A stretch of 63,387 nt of DNA, filler included, from Olpidium bornovanus S191 (lineage: Eukaryota; Fungi; Olpidiomycota), in NCBI GenBank assembly GCA_017911155.1. It is 31 parts of 31 records of this genome, joined end to end, with 100 filler letters (N's around TTAATTAATTAA, not from the genome) between each part and the next. Parts side by side here need not be neighbours in the genome. Positions count along the whole stretch, not along the records: positions 1 to 4,351 come from JAEFCI010000565.1; positions 4,452 to 7,176 come from JAEFCI010011058.1; positions 7,277 to 8,322 come from JAEFCI010003011.1; positions 8,423 to 10,012 come from JAEFCI010007461.1; positions 10,113 to 11,776 come from JAEFCI010012250.1; positions 11,877 to 13,190 come from JAEFCI010005683.1; 25 more parts are not named here. One strand, 5' to 3'. Within the stretch, counting starts at the first letter, position 1. Each line of letters opens with the position of its first letter. The position numbers were made by a program, and so were the translations under genes. Below the pieces are notes generated by a model. The model ran no database searches, was not told the DNA's origin, and saw nothing but the letters and a program-made list of their open reading frames with translations. This document shows positions 1 through 12,513 of this stretch, in pieces.

Positions 1-1698
1 CTTGAGCTCCTGCGGGCCGGGCAACGACGATCTCGGGATGGGGTCGCCGTGATCGACCTTGTTGGCCGCAAGCTGTGAGCAAATGTAATCGTTGAGGCGG
101 CAGGTCGGCGTTCCGTCCATGCTGGAGTGCTGATGAAGTGAGTCAGTTTCATAATCACAGAATTGCAACCACCACATGGGGTGACGAGGATCCGTACTTC
201 GCCAAGGAATCCAGCCTTTCCGTTATCAAAAACAAGAAATTGGAGCGACTTATCGTAGAACCTGTTGCGACCATCTCCCACCCAGCAAGCGTGGCTCAAC
301 TAACCGTGCATATAAAACCCGATCAGCAAGGAAATCAGATGATGCGCGCAAAAAAGGTGAGCAGGTACCTCGTCAACAGTCACTGGCGTGGCGTCGTCAA
401 GACAGACGACGAAAACAGCGCTCTCAATGATGTTCAGCAGCTTCGCATTCTTCGGACCGGCGTTGATCAATTTTGCACGGTTGTCAGTCCAAATGTCGCG
501 GTTGTCAGCAGTGAGTGATCCGATGGCAACACCTTTCGACTGCCCGGCCGCATCTATAATCCGTTTGTACTGCCTTTGTGTGCCGGAGAACGAAACCTCG
601 CCTAAGCGCCACAAACACAGTAACGTCATCTGCGTGAAAGGAAACCAAAGCGGCAAGGCGCCACTTACTCTTCAATCTCGGCAGTGGACAACCGTTTCCC
701 GTCGTGGATGAGGTCAAACGTGTAGAACTTGTTCTTGCGCATGACAGCAACGTGGTTATTGGAAGATGGATCGAAGGCGGCCTCAAAATCGGAAGGCTTT
801 TTTGGATAGCGGCAGGCGTTGAACATCCACTTGTAAGAGTCCATAGAGAGGGGTTCACTCTTTGCGTACTCGGGCTGGAGCTCGTAACTGCCCGCAATCA
901 AGACGATATAATCATGTTAGCAGTGAACGGATGAATAGACAGCAGAAAATTTCCCTCTATGCACTACATTGCCCAGCTGGGTCGGAAAACAACGAATCTC
1001 TTACTTCACCACCAGTTCTCTGAATTTCATGGCAGCAGTCGTGATCGCAGCTGCCCTGGCAGCAGGAGAACTCCGGGCCCTGTCATCGTTGAAGGCGAAG
1101 AAGTAGCTAACGTAGACCACAACGGGGTCCCTGTAGCCGAAGTAGGCGAGCTCGTCCCACCACTCCTGCAGCCAATTTGTAATCTTTGGGTCCTGGGCGC
1201 GGGCGAGAAGCCTACGCTGGAGCTCCTCTCCGACGCCGCCGGGCTTGAGGAACTCCTGCACGGCCTGCTCCGACTTCTCCATCTCCGCCTCGGTACACAG
1301 CGGGCGGAGCGACTTGAGGTATTTGTCGCAGGTCTCCTGCAGCGTGGGAACAGGGAGGCGCGGCAGCTCATTCTCAAAACGGAGCATGGGGCCGACCGTA
1401 TCAGGAGCCGAACTGGTGGACGAGAAGCGGCTGGCCTTGAGGCCTTGTGCAAAGCCCTGCCGACACATCGAGGTCAATGGAACACATAGGAGAGCCGAGT
1501 ATGAGAATACGTAAGATACCCGCGCCAGCGTTGGGGGGCGGGCAGCGGTAAGGCCCCCCGCCAAGACGGTTTCGAGTTGGAAAGAGGGGCAAACGCGGGG
1601 GCCACCGTCAGGGTTTCATAGCCCACCCCCGCGTTGGCAGCAGGCCGGCGGGCGCGGGCGGCGACGCCGGCGGCCCCGGCGGGACGCGCGAGTCTCAT
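1..1698 (-). CDS. CAT2: Carnitine O-acetyltransferase, multi-exon, 3'-truncated, with probable mitochondrial presequence
   Basis: Motifs LPRLPVPTLQETCDKYL, NWLQEWWDELAYFGYRDPVVVYVSYF, LSMDSYKWMFNACRYP, IESAVFVVCLDD, and HSSMDGTP (catalytic His region) near base 110. Candidate Arg/Ala-rich exon 1 (MRLARPAG...) starts at 1698; its splice junction is uncertain. Confidence 0.93.
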
Positions 1699-4351
1699 GT
1701 CGGAAAAGGCGGCGGCGGCGGCGGTCGGGTGGGCGCGCGATCTGGCGAAGAGCGCCGCGGGAAGTCGCAGCATATGGAGGGGATCGCCGGTTGGAGCAAG
1801 AACGCGCGCAGCAGGGCGAGGCGGCGAGGAGGGGAGGCGGCGGCGGCGGCGGCGGCGGGCTGGGGCCAAGCGCGGGGGGGGGACGAGCGGGAGTGGCGGC
1901 GGGGGTCCCGCCGCGCGCGTTAACCCAGAACAAACCGAAGGAAACGCAGAAAATTCCTGCCCAATCGGAAAAACGCCCGCGCGTTGCTCGCCCAGGGACA
2001 GAGGAGGCTGCCTGGCCGCAAGCGCCGACCGTTCCTCTGCTGGCGAAGCGGCTTCCCTGCTTCGGGCTCGCCGGTCTGCGGGCATCCTGCCCTCCTCCTT
2101 CCGCTGCTCCCTGCCTCTCGGCACCAGGCCTGCAGCAAGGGGCGCACCAAGGCATGTGGCACGACCTGTGTTAAGGTGCAGAAAAATCTAGGGAGGCCGT
2201 GCGCCCTATCCATAAGCTACACCACGACTAGCACCAAGGCTTTCAGGCCTGATTTATTGGAAGTTCCCAGGGCCGGCGTTGAGCGTTCCGTGTATCATCG
2301 ACACACGCAGCTGTAAGCACCCTGCAGGCGGGGGGGGGGCGGTCGAATTATCATCAGTTGCAGACGCTCCCCGACGCGCCGCCGAACAATATACCTCTCT
2401 CGCTCGAAGACCCCCGTCTGAGGGGGCTCTCGGCACCGGCGTCGTTTCGGGCGTCCAAGACGCGAGAATATATCCCGGTGGCCCCGGGGTATCAAGTACC
2501 CGGTGCGGCATCTCGCAGAAAGGGTCTCTGGACCGCCGGCCAAAAAAAGTATCTTCTCCCTTTGCTCGGAGACCCCTGTCGGAGAGGGGGTATCCAAGTA
2601 GCCGGCGCCCGCACCTCTCTGAAAAAGTCTCTTTGACGGCGGGAGTTTACGCGTGGTCGGCTTTCGGATTTCTTCGCAACATCCAAATCACCCGTTGACC
2701 AGTCTTTCCTGTCTGTTCCTCTCAAAACTGTGTTACGAAGACATCCGACAGTTCATTGGACGTCGTGCGTTTGAGTTTCCCGGGAAAGGGGTTTATAGAC
2801 TCCAGTCCAGCAGCATTTCGAAGTTCTAAACTTGCTTGGCTAAACAAAACCAATCCCGCGGCTCTTTTCTTTTGCATCACAGCAAGCGCGTGGGTTTCCT
2901 TTCCCTCGTTCGTTTGTTTTTGTCCCTGGAAAAAAAAAGACGTGTCCTTGAAAAAAAGGAATATTGTCAAACACCTCCACGTGGTGCTTCCTGGACAACG
3001 GTTCGAGTACCGGTTTGGAGGACCGGCTAAGTTTGACATGTCTCGGATCACTCTATCTTTATCAAATAAAGAGCCACAACAAGTGTCCACACAGAAAATC
3101 GCCATATATATTTCACAATTATATGGTTTGCGCACGTAGAAAATACACGGCTAAGTTAGCGTGTTCGTTTGATTTATTTTTTTGTTTCTGGTTTTTTCCA
3201 GGTGTTTCTTTTTTTTTTTTTTTTTGGTGGGCACGGAGTGCAAATACTCGAAAGAGGGCAGAAACGCTACGGACAGAAACAGCGGACATGCGTGAATCCT
3301 GCGAATCCCGTGAATATCACGAATCCCGCGAATTCCGGCGCACGTGGTTTTTTCTTCTTTTTTTTTTTTGTTTTTTTTGGCCCCCCCCGCAGCCGCCGGG
3401 GTTACGGACGCGCGAAAGCGAGGCAGATGCGCGGAGGCAAGACGCGCGAAGCCGGTAGCCCGCCCGCCTGTGACATTGCGCGCGGCTGAAGCCCCGCCGG
3501 GGAAAGGGGGGGGGGGTGTGTCCGGGGTTCCGAGTTTTGAGGCACACTCGAGGTCCCGGCCGGGCTTGTTTTCGCGCGCCCGGGTCGCCGCGAACCGCCG
3601 ACGTTTTGGGGGCGGACCACGGTCGGCGTGACGCGGGCATGCTTCTTTGTCTCCGGTGGGGGAACAGGCAAATGTCGGCGGGCCCTGTGCCGTGCCGGGT
3701 TGCGCCTGCGTACGGCGGGGGTCCGTCGTGCACTCACTCCAGCACCCCGGGACCGCCCCCACGATGCCTCGGGAGAAAGGGGGGGAAAGAAGCGCGACAT
3801 TCGAAAATGTGTCACGTGGAAGGTCCTTTCTCACGCCGTTGTCCTCCGTTACGGAATGCACATGATGTCAGCCCCGGTTTTCCTGTTCTCCGAGGCCGTG
3901 TTGCGGAGCCGCCGCGTGAACTGCCGTTTTCTACGAGAACAGTCGGTGGAACCGACCGGCGCACGTGACGCACCGCGGCCTGCGGTGAATGTAAACTGAA
4001 GGTGTGGGGCGGTTTGGGACACGTGCTTGGGAGCTCTGCGGGCGCCTGGTGCAACGTGTGCGTCACGTGCACCAAGCCGGTTCCGCCGTCAAGAACGTGG
4101 CAGAATCCGCAGGAGTGGGTGGGGGTGGGGGCTGGAAGGGAGCAGTCCGCGTGCACTCGTCGCATTGGGTATATTACAGCCCTCTATCAAAATCTGACGG
4201 ACAGAGAGGGACGTACAGAAATGTGCGGCGCATGATCTGTCTGCCCAACGGAGATATAAATCGTAGCAACTTTGGACCGGGTTGGCCAAATTCAAAAGAA
4301 CTCAAATGTGCCCTCTCTTTACCCCGAACGCAGCATTGGTGAGAGAAAACC

Positions 4352-4451
4352 NNNNNNNNNNNNNNNNNNNNNNNNNNNNNNNNNNNNNNNNNNNNTTAAT
4401 TAATTAANNNNNNNNNNNNNNNNNNNNNNNNNNNNNNNNNNNNNNNNNNNN
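4352..4451. other. Artificial contig-joining spacer (44 N + TTAATTAATTAA + 44 N); first of 30
   Basis: Identical 100-bp blocks start at about 4352, 7177, 8323, 10013, 11777, 13191, 14637, 16696, 18411, 20098, 21496, 23823, 26802, 30358, 32591, 33909, 35329, 37746, 40634, 42395, 44238, 46264, 47636, 49238, 50584, 53176, 55279, 57654, 59054 and 61085. TTAATTAATTAA places stops in all six frames, and genes are cut at these points. Confidence 0.98.
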
Positions 4452-4900
4452 AAACTGGGGGTGAAAACTAAATCGATGACGGGTGCGGTGATTGACAGAT
4501 GCAAAAAAAAGAAAGAAAAAAAAATAAGAAAAAGGGTATCTACCGAATGCCTGTAATAATCTCAATCGCATGCATTCGTCCAAAAGCGACGGTAAAAGAG
4601 AAAAAAAAAAAAAAAAAAAGCAGCGCGCGGACAGCGTACACAGCGTGAGGAGTTTGGCGGACGGGGTAGAAAAAAAATGATGTAGCAGCGTATACAGTGT
4701 GAGGAGAGGGATAATGGGTGGACGGGGGTAAGGGCGCACGTCCGGATTTCAGCACGCAAGGCCCGATTGGCGCGCGGAAACGGGGCGTTCATCAGCCAAA
4801 CGCGGGTGGTGTAAGATTTTCTTTCGGACCCGTTCACGGGCGGTGCAATGGCGCGCGACAAGCCGTTGCCCGCGTTTCGCGTCGCGTTCACGGTGCCGCG

Positions 4901-6496
4901 CTAGGACGGGCCGCTGTCGAACTTCTCCTTAAACCGGGAGGACGGCTTTCGAACACGGGTGGAGGCGGCAACGACCCCGGCCACGCCGTTGTCGGGCAAG
5001 AGGCCGCGCTCGAAAGAGGTTAAACCGCGAGCGCGCGTTGCCATCCCCCGAGGTTCCCGAACATCTCACGCCCTCACCTTCAACTTCCACTTGCGAAAGA
5101 CCCATATTCCGACGACTGCCGCGACGACCGCAGCTCCGCCGACGACGCCGGCGGCGACAGTGCCGCCGGATGAGCTCCCGTCAGAGCTCTCGCCGGCGAT
5201 CGTCGAGTTGGCATCGTTCGGCACATCCGAAGCGGGCGACGCGGGCGTTCCTCGATTGGGTGTCGGCGTCTGGCCGCTGTCGTCTCCGTGCAAATCCGTG
5301 CCGTTGGATAGATCGGCGTTGGGTCCATCATCCTCTACCGGTGGAGCATGTAGGCCGCCTGAATCTGAATTTCCGTTGCTGCTCGAAAGAGGGCCGCTGC
5401 TGCCTCTTCTGCGGCCATCCGGCGCGGCGTTGCTTGAGGTGTCACCGTCGGCCCCGGTGCGCTGGGCGTTCCCGCTCTGTCCCTCGGCGCTTGTTCCTGG
5501 GGTGCTTCCGGAGCCAGCGCTGCTGCTGCCCAGGGTGCCGTTAGTATTACCGCTGGCGTTTTCGCCGTTGCCACCGGCGATGCTGCCAACCCCGCGACTG
5601 CCGTCGTTGTTGTCGACTCCCCTGTCGCTTGCAAGCTCGGTGCTTCGGCTGTCGCCGGTATTTCCGCCTGTGCCATCGCTAGTTCGTCCACCGTTGCTTA
5701 TCCCGCCGTTGTTTCCGGCGGGATCGTCATCTCGGCCGCTCCCGGGATCACTAGGGCTGCCGTTGTTTTCTGGGCTGTTCGCCGCACCGCCGTTGCCTTC
5801 GCCTCCGGCACCAGTTTGGTTGGCCGGCGTTGACGGAGACTGGGCCGCCAAGCTGGCCGTCGGAGGTTCGCTCGATGACGAAACCGTCGGTTGCGCGTCA
5901 GAGTGCGAACTTGGCGGGGGAACGTCGCTCGGAGGCCCGGACGAACCCGAAGAGGACAACGGCGACGATGACTCCGTCGAGTCGGCTGCCGGCGAGGACT
6001 CCGGCGGCCGGGACGTGTCCGTGGACGATGCCGACGGGAGTGGCGCGGACACGCTGTTTTCGTTTGCCACGTCCGCCCCGGGTGGGGTGGCCGGAACGTC
6101 TTGCGAGAGGACCCGGGCATCCACGGAGACGTCAGCAGCGGGTTCTGCAGCTGCGGCCGGCGCGGCAGCGCCCGGCTCCGCACCCGCAGACGGCAGCGGG
6201 CGCGATCTGGCTGCGGCCGCGTGCAGAGCCAGGAGCAGCAGTGCCAAGAGGACGGCCAGCGGCAGGGCGCTGGTCGCCGAGACCCGCGGCGCCTTCACGC
6301 CGTGTTCCCGGCGGCGTCGCGGGTCCGCCGGCCCCTCCGCCGCCGGCGGGACGGCATCGTCTGCGCGACACGTCGCGCGTTCCGACTGGCGCGGTCGTGC
6401 GGCGCGGCGAACGATCCGCCGCAGGCGAGGCCGCTCGCGCGCGCCGCGATCGCGCGCCGCTCGAGCGGCCGAGGGGGCGCGGCGTTTCCTGTGCAT
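4901..6496 (-). CDS. Single-pass Ser/Pro/Gly/Asn-rich cell-surface protein (Mid2-like sensor architecture)
   Basis: Hydrophobic signal-like stretch ALPLAVLLALLLLALHAAAA, a long low-complexity ectodomain, then TM VAAGVVGGAAVVAAVVGIWVF. A GT-AG intron at 5077-4946 joins FRKWKLK to PSSRFKEKFDSGPS*. Start codon uncertain. Confidence 0.72.
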
Positions 6497-7895
6497 GATC
6501 GCCTAGCAGACCGCGTGACGCGTGCGAGACCCGCCCGACGATGAACGACGGCGCCGACGGCGACAGGCCCCCACAGCGAGTCCCGCCGTCGGCCCGTCGC
6601 CCGCCGTGGCTGGTCGGACGCCAACCAGAACCCGGAGAAATTTTCGCACGCCCCGCACAAAACGCGAGTCGGCCAGCAAACTGAAGGCGCCCTTTTCCCT
6701 GTCGTGTTGTGGTTTTGTTCTCGACGTGCTTTTTTGGGGGGGAGGGGGAGGGGGGGCGGGGAGGCGAGGGGGAAGAGGTGATTCCGGTTGGGGCGCGTGG
6801 AGACCGATGCTTCGAGGACGCGGCCGCGACGCGTGTTTTCCCGTTACGACCAAACGAGATCAAATGTGTCTCGCGCTTGCGAGGCCCCGCGTTCGGCAGG
6901 ACAGCATACGCTGCAATGCAGGGCACGAGAAACGGGGAGTGCGGGGACAGCGAAACCTCTTCTGACAGTATTGCCGTCGCCCCCCTCTTCCGTCGCGTCG
7001 CGTTTTCTTCGTTTTTTTATTTGTTTCGTTTCTGTTTTCTCGAATTACCGTATAAAAAGAAAAGAGAAGAATCAAAGTAACAACAGAAGCTTTTCTTTCG
7101 TAGTCCATAAAAACGATGATTCTCCTGTATGCTGCTCGAGCGGCAGCCCCGCAGTCTGCCTCACCTCTCTTCATGCNNNNNNNNNNNNNNNNNNNNNNNN
7201 NNNNNNNNNNNNNNNNNNNNTTAATTAATTAANNNNNNNNNNNNNNNNNNNNNNNNNNNNNNNNNNNNNNNNNNNNTCGGCGACGCAGGCGAACCAGATA
7301 ACCGAAAAAAAAAAATGAACTAGTTAAGTGGGCCCTACCCTCCCGTTCACCCTTGTTGAGCTAGTGCTGGCACTACCGGTTGATTACAATTCTCATGATC
7401 GTCGCGTGTTCAATTTTGGAAGCTTACGACATGCTTGAACGAGGTTCATCTGCCCGGTCTCGTTCGGAGTTTCTCACATCGTCCATGGCGCATCGAGGTT
7501 GTAACTCCTCGCCTGGTGAATACGGCGGTTCGCATGGCCGTGGCATGACACCTACCATGTCAGAGGAGTTTTCTCGTTGGCTCGTGGATGGGAAAAGCTC
7601 GGTGTGGTGCTGCGCATCACCCAGCGAGTGGGGATGACGCACACCAAGCCGGTTCACCTGTCTCCCTCGCGGATAATCTGGTTCGCCGAGTCGCGCCATG
7701 CAGAAGACGCGCTCAGAACGGCTGAACTGGCCGCGTAGAGGGATTTGTTTCACGGCAGTTTCAGCTTTCACTGTGGCAGAGTTGTGCATGCCATCTCCCT
7801 TTTTTCTTCTCCTTCGCGCTCCCTTGTGTGAGCGCTGTTTTTAAGTGCGCTTCCACGCTCTTCGGGGTTGCCACGGCGGGCCACGGCTGCCGTGT

Positions 7896-8075
7896 CGGCG
7901 GCGCTGGGGGTTCTTTCCGTTGGTGCTGGGACCCTCTCCGTCCGAGCCGCGTCAGCGGCGCCAGAGCTCCTCTCTGCCGCGTCGGCGGCGCTGAAACCCC
8001 CCTCTCAATGAATGCCGCGTCGACATCACCGGAGCCCCCCCTCTCCGTAAGCGGCCGCGTCTGCGGCGCGGGAGC
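7896..8075. repeat. Degenerate GC-rich tandem repeat (~39-nt units)
   Basis: Recurrent CTCTC...GCCGCGTC(A/G/T)GCGGCGC units. Confidence 0.5.
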
Positions 8076-8274
8076 CGGCGCCCCTTCTTTTCGAAGCGGG
8101 TGACTTTTGGCCCCTCGACCCTGTATGGTCACTCGCTTCTGGTCGCAGAGAGGCGTTGGTTCTATTCCGTCGAATTTGAGGGCGGGAAGTTTCTTGTTTG
8201 GCCAGTGGCGCGCGACAGCATCCTCGACAGGGGGAAGCGGGAGGGAAAGTCTCCATGACGCCGTCCGCCCAAAA

Positions 8275-8322
<48 letters not shown>

Positions 8323-8422
8323 NNNNNNNNNNNNNNNNNNNNNNNNNNNNNNNNNNNNNNNNNNNNTTAATTAATTAANNNNNNNNNNNNNNNNNNNNNN
8401 NNNNNNNNNNNNNNNNNNNNNN

Positions 8423-9356
8423 CATGGTCACCGCGCTTCGCCGGCCTAACGGGACCGGCATATTTCGAATGCTCCTGATCTCCGCGTCTTGCTTTGTGTA
8501 CGCGGTCAGTAGAACCGGAACGGTTTTGCTGCTGCTGCTGTTGAGAGGACTGGCTCGCCATTGTCCCGCGTACTTGCTTGCCTTTGTCTACGTTCCCGGG
8601 TTGGAGCTGTCCTGCGCCCCAAGTAGAGCCATCCTTCCTCCAGCCGCCGGAATTCGCCAGCCGCGGGTTTGCGAATGTGGAGTTTGCCATCCGCCGCTCT
8701 TCCGCATCAGCGTCCCACTTGCCCTTCCAAATCGGCGCGCTGCTTGTAAAGTCAATTTCTCCCCAGACGACAGCGTCCTCTGATACTTTCCCCCAACCTA
8801 AGCCATCCGAGCTGGACGAAGGCGGCTTAGTCACGCTCAGCTCCGGAAAGTCCTTCAAATTGCGTTTCGCCTTTTCGTCGGCTAATTTCTTCTTGTCCCG
8901 CATTGTTCCATCGGGGGCGTCGTTATTGATATCTTCCTTCCGGTTCGTCGCTAATTTATTTGACCGTGCAAGGTCGAGTTTTCCTCCGGCGTTCGTTAAT
9001 TCCGACCCATTCCCCATCGCGACGTTGCCGTAGACGTTCGCCGGGCGGTCTGTGACGCTTGAGTCCAAAGTGCCCGTCTCGTGGATAGCTGGAGCAACTT
9101 CCGGGTCGGACGTCAGCTGCAGGTAACTCAACGCGGCCTTCGCTTTCATAGCTTTCGCGTCCTTCTCAACGCTGTTCAGCTTCGCCAGTAGCGATAGCAC
9201 GCCGGGAGCTGTTTCGGTGTCGTCTTTCCGCAGGGCAGAGAGCCCTGCGTTGCACGCTACGCCACACCCCGAACTATTTGATGCAGGACGGATTTCGTCC
9301 TGCGTGGCGCCCATTGTGCCGGCTTTCCCGTTCGCCACTGCAAACGCCTCCAGCAT
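8423..9356 (-). CDS. Hypothetical disordered protein with clustered GW/WG dipeptides, 3'-truncated
   Basis: Open frame of >300 codons with protein-like composition, containing LGWGK, VVWGE, GGWRK, STWGAG and a poly-Q tract. No family recognised. Confidence 0.6.
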
Positions 9357-9931
9357 AGCAGATAGGTGGTCCCGTTATTCCGCTTCGCGGAACAGAAAGC
9401 AGGAAAGTTTTGGACGGACAAGGGTCGGCCAGTCAAATGTCAGAGGGAGTTTGTTATGCGCATGCGCCGCAGCCCGTGATCGCGGCAACTACTTGCTCGG
9501 CAACCCTGGCCCTAATCCACCTCGCCACTCAGGTAAACGGCGCCTCTGCTTCCGAGGTTTCGTTGAGTGTTTCCTTTTTTGCCTTTCCCCTGCCGCTCGT
9601 TTTCAACTGGAGCTGGACGTGGGAAACTGCGCGCTTTCCCTCCAAAGTCCAGCGCGCGCGCGTGCTCAACAGGCTTTACCGGAAGCGTACCAGGAACACG
9701 CCGCCTTTCTTGCCTGCAGCAGATGTGTGTCGTCCTCGGCAGCGTTGCACCACAAGGGGTTTGCGCACAGAGGGAAGACCCTGGCGGGCGGACTCGCGGT
9801 TGCCGCGCCGCGCGCTGGAATTTTTCGGCCCCTGGCCCGGTCCCCTTTTCTTTTTTATCTTCTCGTTTCTTTCGGCGGTTGGGATTGGCCGGTCGGGTGG
9901 CGACGGAAAAATTGAGCGCCCCCCCTTTCCC

Positions 9932-9989
<58 letters not shown>

Positions 9990-10112
9990 CGCGCGCGCGC
10001 GCGCGCGCGCCCNNNNNNNNNNNNNNNNNNNNNNNNNNNNNNNNNNNNNNNNNNNNTTAATTAATTAANNNNNNNNNNNNNNNNNNNNNNNNNNNNNNNN
10101 NNNNNNNNNNNN

Positions 10113-10146
<34 letters not shown>

Positions 10147-10596
10147 TCCGCCTGGCGCAACAGTCGGATACCAACCGGGCATGTATCCAGCGTGGACCAC
10201 CCTAACAGCCGGACGCCAAACCGGGGTATGTTCCCCAGCGGGACCAACCTTTTCTCTGTGATTCCGGAGACCGGGGGAGTGGGACGTAATTCTTTCCCTC
10301 GCCTTTCCTACCCCCCCCCCCCCGCCACCCGAACCCAAACCGCCGTCTCCGGGCCCGGCCGCGTTAAGTTTCCCCGACAAGTTTGTTCACGCGGGTCGCG
10401 GGCGACGGAACGCATGACACGCAAATCGACACGACGGGAAAAAGACGGACTATCATTTTCACGCAAATCCCGTTTTCTTTTTTTCGCTATTAGTTCTATC
10501 ATCCCATCACCACCGCCACCACCACCACCAGCGCCCACCCTCCCCAACGCGTTTCTTTTGATTTATTTTCATCCCAATTAAAATCTTTAGGCCCAG

Positions 10597-10670
<74 letters not shown>

Positions 10671-11272
10671 CCCCCCCCCCCCCCCCCCCCCCTCCCCCCC
10701 TCATTCCACCACACACGCGTACATTCCCCCTCGAGGCCTCTCCCTTTGTCGCTATAGACTATTCTTTTTTTATTTTTTTTTTATTCCTTCCGCAGGGCTA
10801 ATAAATATATGATAGCGTGTCAAGGAAAAGAATTCTTTTTGTTTTTGTCTTCGGTCCGTGATCTCTGGTTTTCCGAAGTGTTTTTTTCGAGGCGTCTCGG
10901 CACGGAACACCCCGTTGTTTTTCCGGGGGGGGACGAGGGTGAGCGGAGGGGTTCGCGCGGCAAGGGAAGGGTGTCGACAAGATACGCGAAAACGGAGAAA
11001 GCGGACGGCGGGGGGGGGGGGGGGGGAGGGGGGGGGGGGGGGGGGGGGGGGGACTGTGTGGGGTGTGTGTCCCCCGGCTTCTCGCGCGGTCGCGGCGACC
11101 CGGTCCCTTCTTCCCCCACCACACCCCCCCCCCTCTCTTTCACCGCCCCACACCTTCCCGCGTCATTTGCAGCTGAAGAGGTCGGCGTAGAACCTGCCGG
11201 ATTTCGCCGCCGCGTAAAAACGGGGGAAGGAAGGCGGAAGGGGGCGGAACGGAAGGTGTGAGGGATCGGAGG

Positions 11273-11307
<35 letters not shown>

Positions 11308-11630
11308 CGGTCAAGAGAAAATACGATCACGCCAGCCAAAGGGGCGGCGTAAAACGGAAGGCGCCGCATCTCCCTGGTCACCCTCCTCCTCCCCCGCCCT
11401 CCCCCCCCCCCCCCCCCCTTCCCCGGCAAATCACAACCCGGGCGGAATGGGGGCCGGCGGGGCGGGGGCGACAAAAAAAAAAAAATACCGACTCCGAGAG
11501 CGTCCGGTCGACCCTGTGCCTGAAAGCCAAGGGGGATATGCAGTTCCAGCGGGCGTTGTGGCTGGGGTATAAAGTGTGAGGGCCCCGGGCGCACCACCGC
11601 CCCCGGCCGCCGAAAATTTTTTGAATTTTT

Positions 11631-11668
<38 letters not shown>

Positions 11669-11877
11669 GCGGCGGGGGCGGCCGCGGGAGGGCATCCCTC
11701 CCCCCCTCCCCCCCGGTGGGGAGAAGCGAGAGAGAAAGAGGGAGAGAGAGAGAGAGAGAGAGAAACGAGACGTCACNNNNNNNNNNNNNNNNNNNNNNNN
11801 NNNNNNNNNNNNNNNNNNNNTTAATTAATTAANNNNNNNNNNNNNNNNNNNNNNNNNNNNNNNNNNNNNNNNNNNNC

Positions 11878-12108
11878 CGGCAGGTGACAATATCGTGTCA
11901 GGAGCGAGGACTTCTCCTCCTGCGCGTGCGCGACGAGATCCGTATGTCCATCGCGGCGTACCAAACGCTGTACGAATCGTCTGTCGCCTTCGGCATGAGG
12001 AAAGCCCTGCAGGCAGAGCAGGGCAAGGCTGACATGGAGGACCGGGTAAACTCGTAATTAAAAGCTCTTGTGCAGTCTGTACGGCAACATCGGCTCAGTT
12101 TTTTTTTT

Positions 12109-12146
<38 letters not shown>

Positions 12147-12513
12147 GTTACGCGGTCGGATCATTTTGCAGGTAAAAGAACTGGAGGAGGAGAAACGCCT
12201 TTTGGACCAGACTGTGCTCGAGCTTAAGTCCAAATGCGAAGCCATAGAGAAGCGCGAGAACGAAAGGAGAGCGATGGAGGAAAGAAAGCACGCCGAAGAG
12301 ATCGCGTTCCTCAAGAAGACCAACCTGCAGCTCAAGGTAAAAAGGCTGCGCCCGGGGATTTCGGAACGTCCGTTTTGGCCGAGGACCACGAGGAACTGCC
12401 CTGGTCACACGATTTTGGGACGTGCAGCCGTTCGTTTTTTTTCTGATTTACGCTTCCGTTTTCGTCCGCGACAGACACAACTCGAGGGAATTCTCAGTCC
12501 GCAAAAGAAGTAA
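11878..12513 (+). CDS. DNALI1: Axonemal inner-arm dynein light intermediate chain p28, C-terminal part
   Basis: Exons 11878-12045, 12172-12336 and 12475-12513 give RQVTISCQERGLLLLRVRDEIRMSIAAYQTLYESSVAFGMRKALQAEQGK...FLKKTNLQLKTQLEGILSPQKK*, nearly identical to the known p28/DNALI1 C-terminus. Confidence 0.97.

Noticed and set aside
2279-3139. Short ORFs upstream of the carnitine acetyltransferase gene
   Set aside because: No frame gave a recognisable protein or consistent splice pattern; left unannotated.
4396-4407. Regularly recurring TTAATTAATTAA, superficially like array repeats or a regulatory motif
   Set aside because: Always embedded in N runs; it is a synthetic six-frame stop linker.
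4959-6506. Long antisense or overlapping ORFs (515 aa here; also 39738-40685, 41252-42442, 59106-60329 and the 474-aa ORF from 28237)
   Set aside because: Shadow ORFs caused by high GC and low-complexity codon use opposite or alongside real exons; no recognisable domains.
7560-7660. IPTRW resembling the hAT transposase TRWNS motif
   Set aside because: The candidate CxxH lies on the wrong side and the frame has stops; probably chance.
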